Below are positions 8,650 to 18,738 of a stretch of 32,000 nt of DNA, piece after piece. Below the pieces are notes generated by a model that saw nothing but the letters and a program-made list of their open reading frames with translations, had not been told where the DNA came from and did not search any database. The stretch's first letter is position 1, and each line of letters starts with the position of its first letter. A program made the translations under genes and the position numbers. This DNA comes from Mycobacterium leprae TN (GTDB lineage Bacteria; Actinomycetota; Actinomycetes; Mycobacteriales; Mycobacteriaceae): positions 1,920,001 to 1,952,000 of the forward strand of contig NC_002677.1 in the NCBI RefSeq assembly GCF_000195855.1, written 5' to 3'.

Positions 8650-9255
8650 CACGGCGCGATATTGGCCGACCGGTGATAACTGTACTCGGACCGAACCGGG
8701 CCCGCAATCCGGGGACCAAAATTAGACGGCGCAGTATATTCGGGCGGCGAGCGCGGGATCTGGGGGTTCGTCACGCAGTCCGGCGAGATTCAGCCCGAGT
8801 GAGCCGGGTCTGCCGAGTCACCAGGTCACCGGCACAGCGCAGCAACTAATTCAGCATCCGAGTCTCTTCGATCTCAGGGCAATTGGCTATCGTCACCGGC
8901 GCCCGCCAGACCACAGCAGACTCTATCACGATAACTAAAGCATGTTTGAAATCACCTACCCGCACATCGCTTTGCAGCGGCCGACCACCTTCGATAAGCA
9001 GGAGGTCGACGACAGCCGAATCCGTTGCAGCCCAAGCGGAGGCGGTAGCCATCATGGTTATGACAGTTCGGACAAAGTGAGAAATAACTGCATCACCACG
9101 GATAGGCCTTAGCAGCTGTTGAGCAAGAAATAAGGCCAGGGTAAATCGCCAAGTCCCGGGAACGACTTCGTCGGCAGGTGCATCGCTGGCGAGCACCTGC
9201 ACGATCAGCGGACGAGTCGACATCGCGACAACCATCGTGCCGCCGACCCACCATG
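8650..9255 (-). pseudogene. viuB: Siderophore-interacting (ViuB/Rv2895c-like) protein remnant, truncated
   Basis: The ATG at 9255 (MVGRRH...) is followed at once by a frameshift into GGTMVVAMSTRPLIVQVLASDAPADEVVPGTW...HFVRTVITMMATASAWAATDSAVVDLLLIEGGRP...DFKHALVIVIESAVV. As I recall M. tuberculosis ViuB, this resembles VVATRHLAPHMVRVVLGG..., RTMTVR..., GPWAA..., LLAGDESAIPA. Similarity is weak and rests on memory. The C-terminal half seems largely deleted. The position matches the synteny. Confidence 0.4.
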
Positions 9256-9275
9256 TAGCTCTAGCAGAGTAAACC

Positions 9276-10200
9276 CTAACCGCGGCGCAGCACCTCCAGC
9301 GCGGTATCTGACCGGCGAGAAAATACGTACGGAACGCCGTCGCGCTCGACCTCGATCGCGGCACCGGCCGCAGACTCACGAGCAAGTTGTCCGAACCTGT
9401 GCGTTCCATTCATCGGAGCCCCGCATGCAGAGATAAAACGCCACCTTGGGCGGGTCGAACGCAGCGAATAAATGCTCGGGCTGTCGGTGAAATCCACACA
9501 CAGTCGTGCCTCCGGTGACCGCGAGGAGCGCAGCAAAGTGGACTGCGTTGCGCATGCTCCCCGTCGAGCAGCGCTTGGTCAATAGGATGAGCCTGCTTGG
9601 GCCAGTCGGGTACACCGAACCATTACGTGTCGTTGTAGTTGACGAAGAAGAACGTTCGAACTTGGATGGCGCACAGCTATGTCGCCTGGTCAGCGTCGAC
9701 GCCGCGAACCACGACACGACAGCTGTTATCGTCGAGCTCTCTTAGACTGAGCGGATCTACGCCATTGCCATCGTACCGTAAACGCATCCACGGCCCATCG
9801 AGTTCATCCTGGATGCCATGGGTTCTATTGAATTCCTCGATTACAGCTTGCATCCAGTTCACCCACCACTGCAAGGAATGGTCGATAACACCATCCTTGT
9901 CTTTCAGACCCTCTTATCCGAAGTCCGCCGGCGAAGTAACTCAAAATTCGGCAACCGCATCGGCAACCTCGAACGTCGTGTATCCGGGTTTATGCAGCAA
10001 AACTATAGTGGTGAGTTCCGGGGCCCGGGTCGGAGACAGCGACTACCATTGCGTCGGAGACCCGAAAATCAGATGCAGTGCTCTTCAGAACCGCCATTCT
10101 TTCCATCCGCACGGGTGTATCCTTACGGCCGTCGACCGGATCGGAAGCAGTGCTCTTCAAAACAGGCATCCCGTTTATCCTGGCGGAGAGTGCGGTGTGA
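9276..10200 (-). pseudogene. dprA: DprA/Smf-like (Rv2896c-like) DNA-processing protein remnant
   Basis: Four fragments fit the family:
- AMVVAVSDPGPG (cf. T.AVLa.G.D)
- NWMQAVIEEFNRTHGIQDELDGPWMRLRYDGNGV...SCRVVVRG (cf. L...I...G.l.SE.PpG..P....F..RNR.....VVVEa)
- TGSMRNAVHFAALLAVTGG (cf. SGs..TA..A..lGR.v.AvPG)
- C-terminal winged-helix-like GAAIEVERDGVPYV
There are several frames. The N-terminal third is not traceable, so the upper boundary is arbitrary. Confidence 0.45.
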
Positions 10201-11017
10201 ATTGCCGAAAGATACCATCTATCGCGTCACAATTAGGCTATCGGGATTTGTGGTACCTAGGCCATAGCTTGAATTGGACGACCACCATCCCCACCTAAAG
10301 TCAATTCTGCCAAAAATGATATCGGTCCTGCCTGGGAAGGAACTCCAAGCTCTAGCATGGTACTCCAGTCAATACATGAAGAGGTTTCGTCATGCAATTA
10401 CGTCCATAATAGCATATTTTTTGGTCGCGCAGGCAACAGTTCAAATAATTGCAAATAATCGAGCGGTCGATGTCACAACGCAAGCACCGCACGACACTGA
10501 TTGTCGAACACCGCCAACCCTGTCTCGTCTCAATCTCGAGGCGATGGCTACACCTCCACTAAGCTGCGGAATATCCTATCAACACAAGACTAAATACCGC
10601 GACGACACCTAGTGCCATACTTGACCGGATAAAACACCGGATAAAACCTTTAACACCAAACGCCAAATACGATAGGCGCCATTGGCTCCCCGGATTGTCG
10701 AAAATCGCCGGTTAAGCCAAACCAGACCACCAGTCCATAATGGACGACTCGTATATGTCGTCCTCAGAGCTCTCTTCCAGATAGCACCAATTTTCTTTCT
10801 TGGCTTGACCCTAAATTCGGGCGCCACAGTGAGTCTTTGTTGGCTCACAGATTTCCGCGCTAGATTCCTTAGGAGTATCTATTACTCTGCATCCGCAAAC
10901 TTGTCCAGCAGTCCAGTGTGTAAGATTAAAACAATGCTTGACCGCAAAGAAGGAAGCTGTTTTCTTGTTTGTCAGATTATCGTATTCTAATCTACGCAAG
11001 CAAAAATAATTTCCCAT

Positions 11018-12605
11018 CTACGTGAAACTGCCCATAACCCGGTACCATGTATGTGCATAAAATTCAGCATTTCCGATAGTAATGTGGGCGATCCTGGTGG
11101 CGCGCCGAACGGCACGCGTCGATTGTCAGCAAACAGCACAGATCGCCGATCTCTGGCAGCAGAGTAGTCACCAAGCAACGGATCGTCAAGCACCGCCTCG
11201 AATGTATGCAGGGTGACACGGTGTTCCGAATCGACCGCTTCCAGCTGCAGCTGTATGCCCTCGCGGGTGTGTCGACCGTGGAAAACGGTCGTGACGTCGA
11301 TGTCCTGCACGGTGAATACGGGCGGTTCGGACCCGGAATTGCTAACCCTTGGACACCCATTGCGGATCTTCGCGAACGGATAGCATCAATCGTGCAGCAG
11401 TTTTAGATAGCGCTAATCGATCTCGTACACTGGCGCCGCTATGCTACCGGCGCGAGCGAGGCGTGATCAGACCATCACCCTCGGCATTCAACCTAAACAC
11501 ATACCAGAACCCTATGGCCATATAAGGAATCTGGCTGACTCAAACACGGAATCGGTGGGCAACTACTCCACTTTCGGGGTCGTAGTAGAACTCCGAGTTG
11601 GTAACCACATTAATCGACTAGCTGCCCGGGTGGTGGTCAATTGCCGTTAGCAATTACCCACCCGAACAGGCTCAGTCTGCCAACGCAATCAATACTTGAT
11701 CATCCAACGACGTACCGGTGGCGATTACCACACCGGTCTGTTGAACAGCGAGGACCAAGGTGTGCAGCATCTGTCGCAGGGTGGGCATGTGTCCGCACGC
11801 ATCGGAGACAATGCCCGTTACACGCCGAGGTCATCCATATGCCCGACAGCAGCAAAGACGACGCAAGCTTGCCAATTCAAATATATTCTCCTATTGGCGA
11901 TAGTCACAGGAGTTCGCGGCAGTGTAAAAATCCACATTGGCCGCCCTCTGGTTCCAGCAAATCCAGATTGGCCGCCCGACTATCCACACAGCTCGCCATT
12001 ACATATCACGAACTCGATGTGTTACATCACGGTCCCGGCTGGGTCAAAAGGGAATCGTTCAAAGCAGACGTTCGCAGATGCGCCTAGGAAAGTTACTGAA
12101 TCAGCGACAAATCAGTATCATAATTTTCCCGGAGATTTGCTGCGGGAATGCGCTGACACCATACGTATGGCTGGATCGGCCGCGACGCACGGTTACGTGG
12201 CAGGTCGTTCGCCGATCTTTGACCCGGGTGATTCACGCACCGGATACTGTGGAGAAGCAAAGGGAAAACAGCATCCCCTTAGGACATTAGCACCTAACAG
12301 CACCTTCTTCTCCAGGCATTGACATGGATTCTTGCGCTACACCGACAGCACCGACGCGGTCAACGCCAAATCGTAGACCTATCCCATTGTCGGCAGCGTC
12401 GCGAGTGAGAGCGTGAGCCGGGCCATAGGCCAGCTGTTGCCGCAATTGGTTATCGCCGCCCGGACCCAATCCCGGGGCTCCTGCAGGGCGGCATCGGGTA
12501 GCCCCGCTAAATGCACACCCGGCAATCCCGAGGTGATGTCGGCTTCAATCTCCACGCTCTCGCTATCCAATACGCGCACCGCAACTGAGAGCGCCCCAGC
12601 GCCAT
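11018..12605 (-). pseudogene. comM: ComM/YifB-type Mg-chelatase-like AAA+ protein (Rv2897c-like) with stops and frameshifts
   Basis: The ATG at 12605 (MALGR) is followed by a frameshift into ALSVAVRVLDSESVEIEADITSGLPGVHLAGLPDAALQEPRDWVRAAITNCGNSWPMARLTLSLATLPTMG-stop(TAG 12379-12381)-VYDLALTASVLSV-stop. The Walker A region has decayed (ANLDLLEPEGGQCG). Also readable are LRQMLHTLVLAVQQTGVVIATG and DIDVTTVFHG (cf. LLDRIDL.v.v). The tail IAHITIGNAEFYAHTWYRVMGSFT-stop ends at 11018-11020. Confidence 0.8.
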
Positions 12606-12699
12606 CCAGCCAATCTCCTGCAGATGCGTGATCTCCCGGGGTACAGCTGTGGTGACCCGTCCGGATCTGCAACCCGATCACATCGATCCGGCTTGCTGC

Positions 12700-13053
12700 T
12701 CAAAATTCGTCTTGATTCGCCGGCCATAAACCAGCCAACCAACGCAGCCAACGAACCTTCTGCTCGGGCGCTGACCTGCGCGAGCCCTCCATAACCGTAG
12801 CCGCTATGGATCTTAGCCTCGACACCACCGTGCGGTGGGCCGTCTCGGAAGCGATCACATCGCATTCGCCATAGCGACAACGCCAGTTGCAGTGCAAACC
12901 CCGCAACCCCATCCTCGTCAGGTTATCCACCGCGAACACCTCGCCCATCGCCTCCAACTGGACTCGAGTCATAGCCTTGTGGGTCGTCATGGGAGACAAT
13001 CTGCCCGGTAGCATCGACGCGACATGCCCAACCAACGGCTCATGCTGGCGCAA
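12700..13053 (-). pseudogene. yraN: YraN/UPF0102 (Rv2898c-like) endonuclease-fold protein. The ORF is open, but the catalytic segment is out of frame.
   Basis: The 117-aa ORF matches the family at both ends (GLRGLHCNWRCRYGECDVIA...RTVV and KVRWLRWLAGLW). The central family motif VEAKIHSGYGYGGLAQ (cf. fVEVKtR.g..fG....) is readable only in a second frame, at about 12776-12826. This implies two compensating frameshifts. It could still be annotated as a CDS by ORF callers. Confidence 0.55.
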
Positions 13054-13128
13054 ACACCGGTTTATTTATCCCCAGTGGGGTGTTCTGCCAACAACCTTTG
13101 GCAGTGACAGAATTCAAGCAAACGTCAA

Positions 13129-13663
13129 TCAGGTAATTCGGTCGGGCCTGGTGTAGACGTTCATCAAATTCTCCCGAAGAAACACCACCAGCGTGACCCC
13201 GAACTCACCGGCCAACGAAATCACCAGCGAAGACGACGCCGACAGGGCCAGCAAGCACCGGTACGCCGGCCATCACAGCCTTTCCACATCAACTCAAATG
13301 ATGCCCGTCCGGTGACCAACAACACCGACTGACCCAGCGATATTGGGTCATGTTCAATCGCCCAACCTATTTGGCCTTATCGACCGCACTGTGCCTGCCG
13401 ATGTCCTCAGGAACCACAAGGCATCGCCCCGCCCACAATAAATTAATACACAGCATGTCTTTGCGGCACGCGATTACCCCTTCAATTAGCAAAATCTTTG
13501 TTCGAGTTGGATATCGAAAACCCGGCGCACGAATAATAGCAGTAACCGGCATTTCGTTGACGCGGATCTCCAGCGGTTTCCCAACGATCGGGGTTTCCGG
13601 CCGGGTGATTGCCTGCTCTGCGGCAAGATGCCTTACCCGCCGACACTGCGTTACCTGCCCCAC
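13129..13663 (-). pseudogene. fdhD: Formate dehydrogenase accessory protein FdhD remnant
   Basis: MGQVTQCRRV...PIVGKPLEIRVNEMPVTAIIRAPGFRYPTRTKILLIEGVI matches EePLeIrvNG.p......TPG.D.EL..GFL..EG.i. [12 protein letters not shown] matches EDvGRHNA.DK. In another frame, [40 protein letters not shown]-stop (13129-13131) matches vSaPssLAv.lA.e.G.TLvGF.R....NvYt. It is about 200 nt shorter than an intact fdhD. Confidence 0.75.
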
Positions 13664-13669
13664 TAGCTA

Positions 13670-14804
13670 TTTCACTATTGCTTTCATCCCGAGACCACTC
13701 CACTCAATGATGATCGCTTTCGACACCAGATATTCGAGTTAGCCGCGTTGTGATCAAGTGGCACAAGTGGACTGGTCTCCTGATAGTAGGAAGCGGTATT
13801 GTCGATCAGAGTCGAGTAAACCACCATCAAGAAGGCATCTGCACGTCGCTCCTGCAGGCGGTTTTCAACGTCGGTACACTACGTACACCAGGTCGACGCG
13901 TTGGCCCCCTGTCAAGCCCAGTGCCTCGATGTCAGCGGAGTTGATAAAAACACCACTCGGTGGCTATCCCCCTTACCCCACGATAACGATCGTCTAACCC
14001 ATAGAGCACAAAATACGAATCGTGGCTGCGCAATGTTTTCAGCACCAGCTAGCTCGACGGTACCGGAATCCGGTGCAGCTGATTTATTGTGAAATTGGCT
14101 TTGCAGATGTTGATATAGAATTCACACGCATCACACGGTGGGTGAGGTAGCCAGAATCCGTCGGGTACGCGCACCTTACGGTTGTAATCGGTACAGCCGA
14201 GGATCACCGCAGCGATCGCGTCGCGGAGGGTGTCTTAGTCATCGGCGAACCGTTCCCACAGCACCAAATGTTGCTCGCCGAACTAGAGTGCGGACCAACT
14301 GGCAAACGATCTGGACCTTACTACAGAGCCGATCGCTGTACGGATGGAAGCAGTCCCACGACAAATGCGCCATTGGAATCGAATCATCAAACCAAAAAAC
14401 CTGTTTGGACCCACCACGGATATCGCGGTCGGTCCAACACAACGTCAGCAGGATCAACACCGTGGTTCAGTGGACGATGTGGACTGCGGTTTAATGTAGT
14501 CGAAACCTACACGGTCAACACACAACTGCGCAAGGCCGCTTCAGTGACGGAGGTTGTCCGGGGTAGCTGATGCAAAGTTACCCCCATGCCAATCAACACC
14601 GTTACACTGACTCAGCCGAGCCAGCGCTGCCGCGGTGCGCAGCACATCCATCTGCTGCAACCCACGCTGCAATGATACCATCGCCGCCCGCACACCGGCC
14701 ACCTCATACTTACTCGAGGTAACCACTATCCCGTGCTCGTCATAGCTGACCTAGATGTCACGAACTTCAGCTGGGTACTGGCACCTAACATAGCCATCGT
14801 ACAT
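13670..14804 (-). pseudogene. fdhF: Molybdopterin formate dehydrogenase (FdhF/Rv2900c-like) remnant with a large internal deletion
   Basis: The gene starts MYDGYVRCQYPAEVRDI-stop, with the ATG at 14804 and a TAG at 14751-14753. Further fragments:
- YEVAGVRAAMVSLQRGLQQMDVLRTAAALARLSQCNGVDW, fused directly to HGGNFASATPD
- LILLTLCWTDRDIRGGSKQVFWFDDSIPMAHLSWDCFHPYSDRLCSKVQIVCQLVRTL
- NTASYYQETSPLVPLDHNAA
- LVSKAIIIE
Only about 1.1 kb remains of a gene I remember as about 2.3 kb. Confidence 0.75.
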
Positions 14805-15019
14805 TGGTTACCGCGCTAGCGCCGCATGGCGCGCTAGACCTGGCGGACACTCGAGCTCCGCAATTTCGCGATGCGGACCGGCTAAGCAACCGCGAAATCG
14901 GTGAGGCCGTTGGGATGTTGATGCTGCCGCAACAGCATCTCCGAACCAACCGCAACAAACTCACGTTGGCCAGCGGGGATCAACTTCCGCCCGAGACATA
15001 ACAACCGGATCAAGTCGGC

Positions 15020-15325
15020 CTATTCCGGCAGCCGTAGCTCGGGCTTCTCAACTTCTTCGATGTTGACATCCTTGAAGGTGACCACCCTCACTTGCTTCAC
15101 GAACCGCGCTGGCCGGTACATGTCCCACACCCAGGCATCAGCTAGTCGCAGCTCGAAGTACACCTCACCGTCGGTGTTGCGCGGCATCATCTCCACACTG
15201 TTCGCCAGATAGAAACGTCGCTCGGTTTCCACGACGTAGCTGAACTGGCCAACAATATCCTTGTATTCGCGGTACAGCGAGAGCTCCATCTCGGTTTCAT
15301 ACTTCTCGAGATCCTCAGCACTCAT
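15020..15325 (-). CDS. Conserved actinobacterial small protein (Rv2901c / DUF2469-like), intact
   Basis: MSAEDLEKYETEMELSLYREYKDIVGQFSYVVETERRFYLANSVEMMPRNTDGEVYFELRLADAWVWDMYRPARFVKQVRVVTFKDVNIEEVEKPELRLPE, 101 aa. The ATG is at 15325 (cat at 15323-15325). The position upstream of rnhB matches the synteny. The ORF-track extension to 15412 is rejected. Confidence 0.85.
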   Translation of the reverse strand: MSAEDLEKYETEMELSLYREYKDIVGQFSYVVETERRFYLANSVEMMPRNTDGEVYFELRLADAWVWDMYRPARFVKQVRVVTFKDVNIEEVEKPELRLPE

Positions 15326-15437
15326 CTGTTCAGACGTCCTTCTCTCTGGCCCTTTTCCCGACGTCCCTATTGGGCCCCTTGGACTCTTTGAGCCACACAC
15401 GACCGTGACCAAGTGGGAATTCCGGTCCCATCTTTTC

Positions 15438-16160
15438 TCACCGGCATTCGCCGTGCTCGGCCGGAGGAGCCGGTGTGAATCCAGCCACCGCCCGGGTATT
15501 AGACCTGGTCACTATGCGCCGAACGTTGATGAACGAATAGCGGTGTTCTGGGCAAGGCCCCAGCTGGGTGAGCGCCAAGCTATGCGCGCGCGTGCAGTAC
15601 CCCTTGTGTGCAGCGAAGCCGTAGCCAGGATAGTCAGCGTCCATTGCGACCATCAACCGGTCACGACTGACTTTGGCCAGCACACTGGCCGCGGCAATGC
15701 AGGCAACCACCGCGTCTCCACCAACTACCGGCAGCGACGGCACCGACAGGCCGGGTACGCGAAAACCGTCGCTTAATACATAGCCGGGCCGCACCGACAG
15801 ACCGGCCACCGCACGCCGCATGCCTTCAATATTGGCTACCTGCACACCATGCCGGTCGACCTCAACCGACGGGATGAACACCACGTGGTAAGCCAGCGCG
15901 TACCGGCAGATCAAAGGAAACAACATCTCCCGCCCCTTCGCGCTAAGCTTCTTGGAATCATCAAGACTTTCCTCCAGTCGCCCCGGCCCGAGCACACAAG
16001 CTGCCACCACCAGCGGACCCGCGCAGGCGCCGCGACCCACCTCGTCCACCCCTGCCACCGGCCCCAACCCGCTGCGCTGCAGTTCGTACTCTAGAGTCCA
16101 CATCCCCCGCAAACCCCCAGACTTACGGATTATCCTGCACGGCGGCCAGGTGGTGGCCAT
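15438..16160 (-). CDS. rnhB: Ribonuclease HII
   Basis: [25 protein letters not shown] is the RNase HII DEVGRG catalytic motif, followed by [12 protein letters not shown] place the start at the ATG at 16160 (MATTWPP...), 2 nt after the lepB stop codon (16163-16165). The ORF is open to 16220. Confidence 0.9.
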   Translation of the reverse strand: MATTWPPCRIIRKSGGLRGMWTLEYELQRSGLGPVAGVDEVGRGACAGPLVVAACVLGPGRLEESLDDSKKLSAKGREMLFPLICRYALAYHVVFIPSVEVDRHGVQVANIEGMRRAVAGLSVRPGYVLSDGFRVPGLSVPSLPVVGGDAVVACIAAASVLAKVSRDRLMVAMDADYPGYGFAAHKGYCTRAHSLALTQLGPCPEHRYSFINVRRIVTRSNTRAVAGFTPAPPAEHGECR

Positions 16161-16162
16161 GG

Positions 16163-17032
16163 CTACTGCCCCTGCTGGGAATTCACCGAACCCACACCAC
16201 CCCATCGTGACGGCGGCCACACGACGACCCTGGCCTTACCGATGACATTGGACACCGGCACAGTCCCCGAATTCGGATCACCGGTGCACGAAAGCCCATT
16301 CACCACGTCGGTGGAGTTGCAGTGGTAACGCGAGTCCGCGGAGTGTATCCGGTTATCACCCATAACCCACAGGCGTCCCTGCGGGACCGTGACTGGACCG
16401 AACTCGCTACCCAGGCACGGGGAGAATGACAGGTCGGCATTCATGGTGACCGGCCTGAGATACGGCTCTTTGAGTGGCTTCCCATTGACCGTCAAGCCCG
16501 TGTCGGACCGGCACTGCACCGTCTGTCCTCCGACCGCGATAACGCGCTTGACCAAGTCGTTCTCGTCGGGAGGCACGAAACCGACGAACGACAACGCGTT
16601 TTGCACCGAGCGCAGCACGATGTTGTTTGACCGGATAGATTTGTACATCGTGTTCCACGACGGCGGGCCCTTGAAGACGATGACGTCACCAGGTTGTGGT
16701 GAGCTGAAGCGATAAGTGATCTTATCCACCATGATGCGGTCGCCCACACAGCCCGAGCATCCGTGCAGCGTGGGCTCCATGGATTCCGACGGAATCAGGT
16801 AGGGGCGTGCCACGAACGTCAACATGACGTAGTACAAGCCTATAGCGATCACCGCCAAAATCGCGAATTCCCACAACGCCGAACGCTTCTTGGGCTCCGA
16901 CACGCCTATTGCGGCTTCCGCGGCAGTCTCAGATACTTCAGCGGGCATATCAAGACCACAGATAGACACCTTCGGCTGCAACTGGTCAGCGTCGGACGGA
17001 GGTTCAGGTACGGAGTCCGTGGTTTCGGTCAC
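16163..17032 (-). CDS. lepB: Signal peptidase I
   Basis: Readable motifs are [20 protein letters not shown] (the catalytic Ser box SESMxPTL), [23 protein letters not shown] (the catalytic Lys box) and [15 protein letters not shown]. There is one TM helix ([21 protein letters not shown]). I place the start at the GTG at 17032 (VTETTDS...). The ORF is open to 17191, where it overlaps rplS. Confidence 0.9.
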   Translation of the reverse strand: MTETTDSVPEPPSDADQLQPKVSICGLDMPAEVSETAAEAAIGVSEPKKRSALWEFAILAVIAIGLYYVMLTFVARPYLIPSESMEPTLHGCSGCVGDRIMVDKITYRFSSPQPGDVIVFKGPPSWNTMYKSIRSNNIVLRSVQNALSFVGFVPPDENDLVKRVIAVGGQTVQCRSDTGLTVNGKPLKEPYLRPVTMNADLSFSPCLGSEFGPVTVPQGRLWVMGDNRIHSADSRYHCNSTDVVNGLSCTGDPNSGTVPVSNVIGKARVVVWPPSRWGGVGSVNSQQGQ

Positions 17033-17111
17033 GATGATCAGCGTAGCCAGCGTAGTGTGTGGCCTAATGCGACACCGAGGCGGCACGACCGGCAACCAGG
17101 GTGTACCCCAG

Positions 17112-17453
17112 TCAGCGCTTCTCCTTGATCTTAGCCTTCTTGCCGCGAAGTTCACGCAGATAATACAGCTTGGCGCGGCGGACATCGCCACGAATCACCA
17201 TCTCGATGTGATCGATGTTCGGCGAGTGTACCGGAAAGGTCCGTTCGACGCCAACGCCATAGCTTTCCTTACGCACGGTGAACGTTTCGCGGATACCTCC
17301 GCCCTGCCGGCGGATGACCACACCCTTGAACACCTGGATACGCTCTTTAACGCCCTCGATCACCTTGACGTGCACATTGATCGTGTCACCCGGGCTGAAG
17401 GCCGGGATGTCGTCGCGCAACGACGCCTGGTCGACGAAGTCCAGCCTGTTCAT
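17112..17453 (-). CDS. rplS: 50S ribosomal protein L19
   Basis: [62 protein letters not shown]... is canonical L19, 113 aa. The ATG is at 17453. Confidence 0.95.
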   Translation of the reverse strand: MNRLDFVDQASLRDDIPAFSPGDTINVHVKVIEGVKERIQVFKGVVIRRQGGGIRETFTVRKESYGVGVERTFPVHSPNIDHIEMVIRGDVRRAKLYYLRELRGKKAKIKEKR

Positions 17454-17818
17454 CTTAAGAAAACACTTCCTCGGGTTCGCGGCTTTCGGAAGCCGCCCAC
17501 GCGTAAGCATCAGACGGTCACCGAGCCGATGGGTTCGGGCTTATGAGCGTATCCTGCAGTTGCACCAAACGGCCCAGCGGACCGGACAACTGCTGGAGAC
17601 AACTGGTCAATTGTGCCAAACAATCTGCACACAGTGAAAATCACAGGAAATCCTAATCCGTCTCAATCTCCAAAGGCGCTGGTGAATGGCAAATAATGAC
17701 GGCTGTTAATTTAGCTCTAACGAACCTCAGCGTGACACTCCGGGCGGATAGCGATACCGCCTCGCCTACCTACCCACGCATGTGTCCGGGACACCGTTCA
17801 GAAGCCAAATGAGAGGAA

Positions 17819-18725
17819 ATGCGCGCTCAGACCACTCTACCCTGCTCGCCCCGAGCGTATGCAGTGACGCTAGCATTAGTCGGCGGGGACGAAGCAAAGA
17901 TGGGAAGCTACGGTCTACAGCTCGGCGGAATACAGCCCAGTGGACCTCATATTAATCCCAGAATCAACCACAGCTTACCTGAACTGATGCTAGATAACTA
18001 TCCACTTTCACCCTCGGCGCCGTATACACTGCCGAACTTCGGGTTCGACGCACTGCAGGCCGATATTCAGCAAGCCACCCACCAACTGGCCTCCAGAGGT
18101 AACACTCAGATCACCGCTATCGAGCCGGTGACCAAGCTCTTCATCAGCCAAAGATCCGATTCTGCGGGACGTTCGAAGGGAAAGCAACACTGTCCACTGG
18201 CGACCGCCAAGTGGTGAACATCATGTTACACCCGTCTGATAACGGTGCCGCCGAAAATTCTGGGATCAGTGATGGCTGGAGAGGCCATCATCACGCGGAT
18301 CGCGAACCAGTACGGATTGACCCGTCACGACGCCGTCGGGCGACAGTGGAACACGATCAGCTCGGCGACCGACTTGATGCGCTCGCTACATATGACATGC
18401 AGCTCAACGGGTCCGGCAGGCTCCACACCGGAGCCGGGCCAAGATCATCGTCAACAACCTTACCCAGTCCACCCCCACCGGAATCGGTGGCTATCCTCAG
18501 CGTTTCGGCATCCCGATCGTCCTGTATGTCGAACCGATGGCGGTTACGCAGAGCGGGATTATTGTTGTATCGTCAACGACTGGATGCACATGCCGACCGA
18601 GGTAGAGTGACGCGGACTGCCGCTGCATTATGGTCATCCAGTCGTTGCAGCCATCCGGTGATGTCACCGGGCGACCTACGATCACCTAGGCTGCGAAGAC
18701 GATATTTCTCAACGGCCGGATCTGA
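17819..18725 (+). pseudogene. lppW: LppW-like (beta-lactamase-fold) lipoprotein with multiple frameshifts and an in-frame stop
   Basis: Fragments lie in 3 frames:
- MRAQTTLPCSPRAYAVTLALVGGDEAK (signal-peptide-like, but the lipobox position reads G-G-D with no Cys)
- SRGNTQITAIEPVTKLFIS
- IMLHPSDNGAAENSG
- GEAIITRIANQYGLTRHDAVGRQWNTISSATDLMR
- YDMQLNGSG
- GGYPQRFGIP
- CIMVIQSLQPSGDVTGRPTIT-stop(TAG)-AAKTIFLNGRI-stop (18723-18725). Confidence 0.8.
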
Positions 18726-18738
18726 CGATTAGCTTACT

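Noticed and set aside
10300-11017. A low-GC trough as evidence of a horizontally acquired island
   Set aside because: Other old pseudogene remnants in the window show the same AT drift; for example, a line within fdhD at 13441-13500 is about 42% GC. Mutational decay of non-functional DNA is therefore the simpler explanation. I kept it only as a low-interest unassigned region.
8846-12322. Sizeable ORFs in the decayed block: 8846..9409 - (187 aa), 9639..10298 + (219 aa), 11696..12322 + (208 aa) and 11641..12087 + (148 aa)
   Set aside because: The 187-aa ORF is a chance open stretch across the viuB-like remnant; its first 55 or so codons are out of frame with the gene. The plus-strand ORFs are antisense to the dprA-like and comM-like remnants, are low-complexity (Ser/Thr/Pro/Arg-rich) and lack motifs.
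16890-17546. A 218-aa plus-strand ORF spanning the lepB-rplS junction, and a 186-aa plus-strand ORF (19593..20153) spanning rimM and the KH-protein gene
   Set aside because: Both are antisense to well-supported essential genes, cross an intergenic junction and have no recognisable domains. They are GC-driven open frames.
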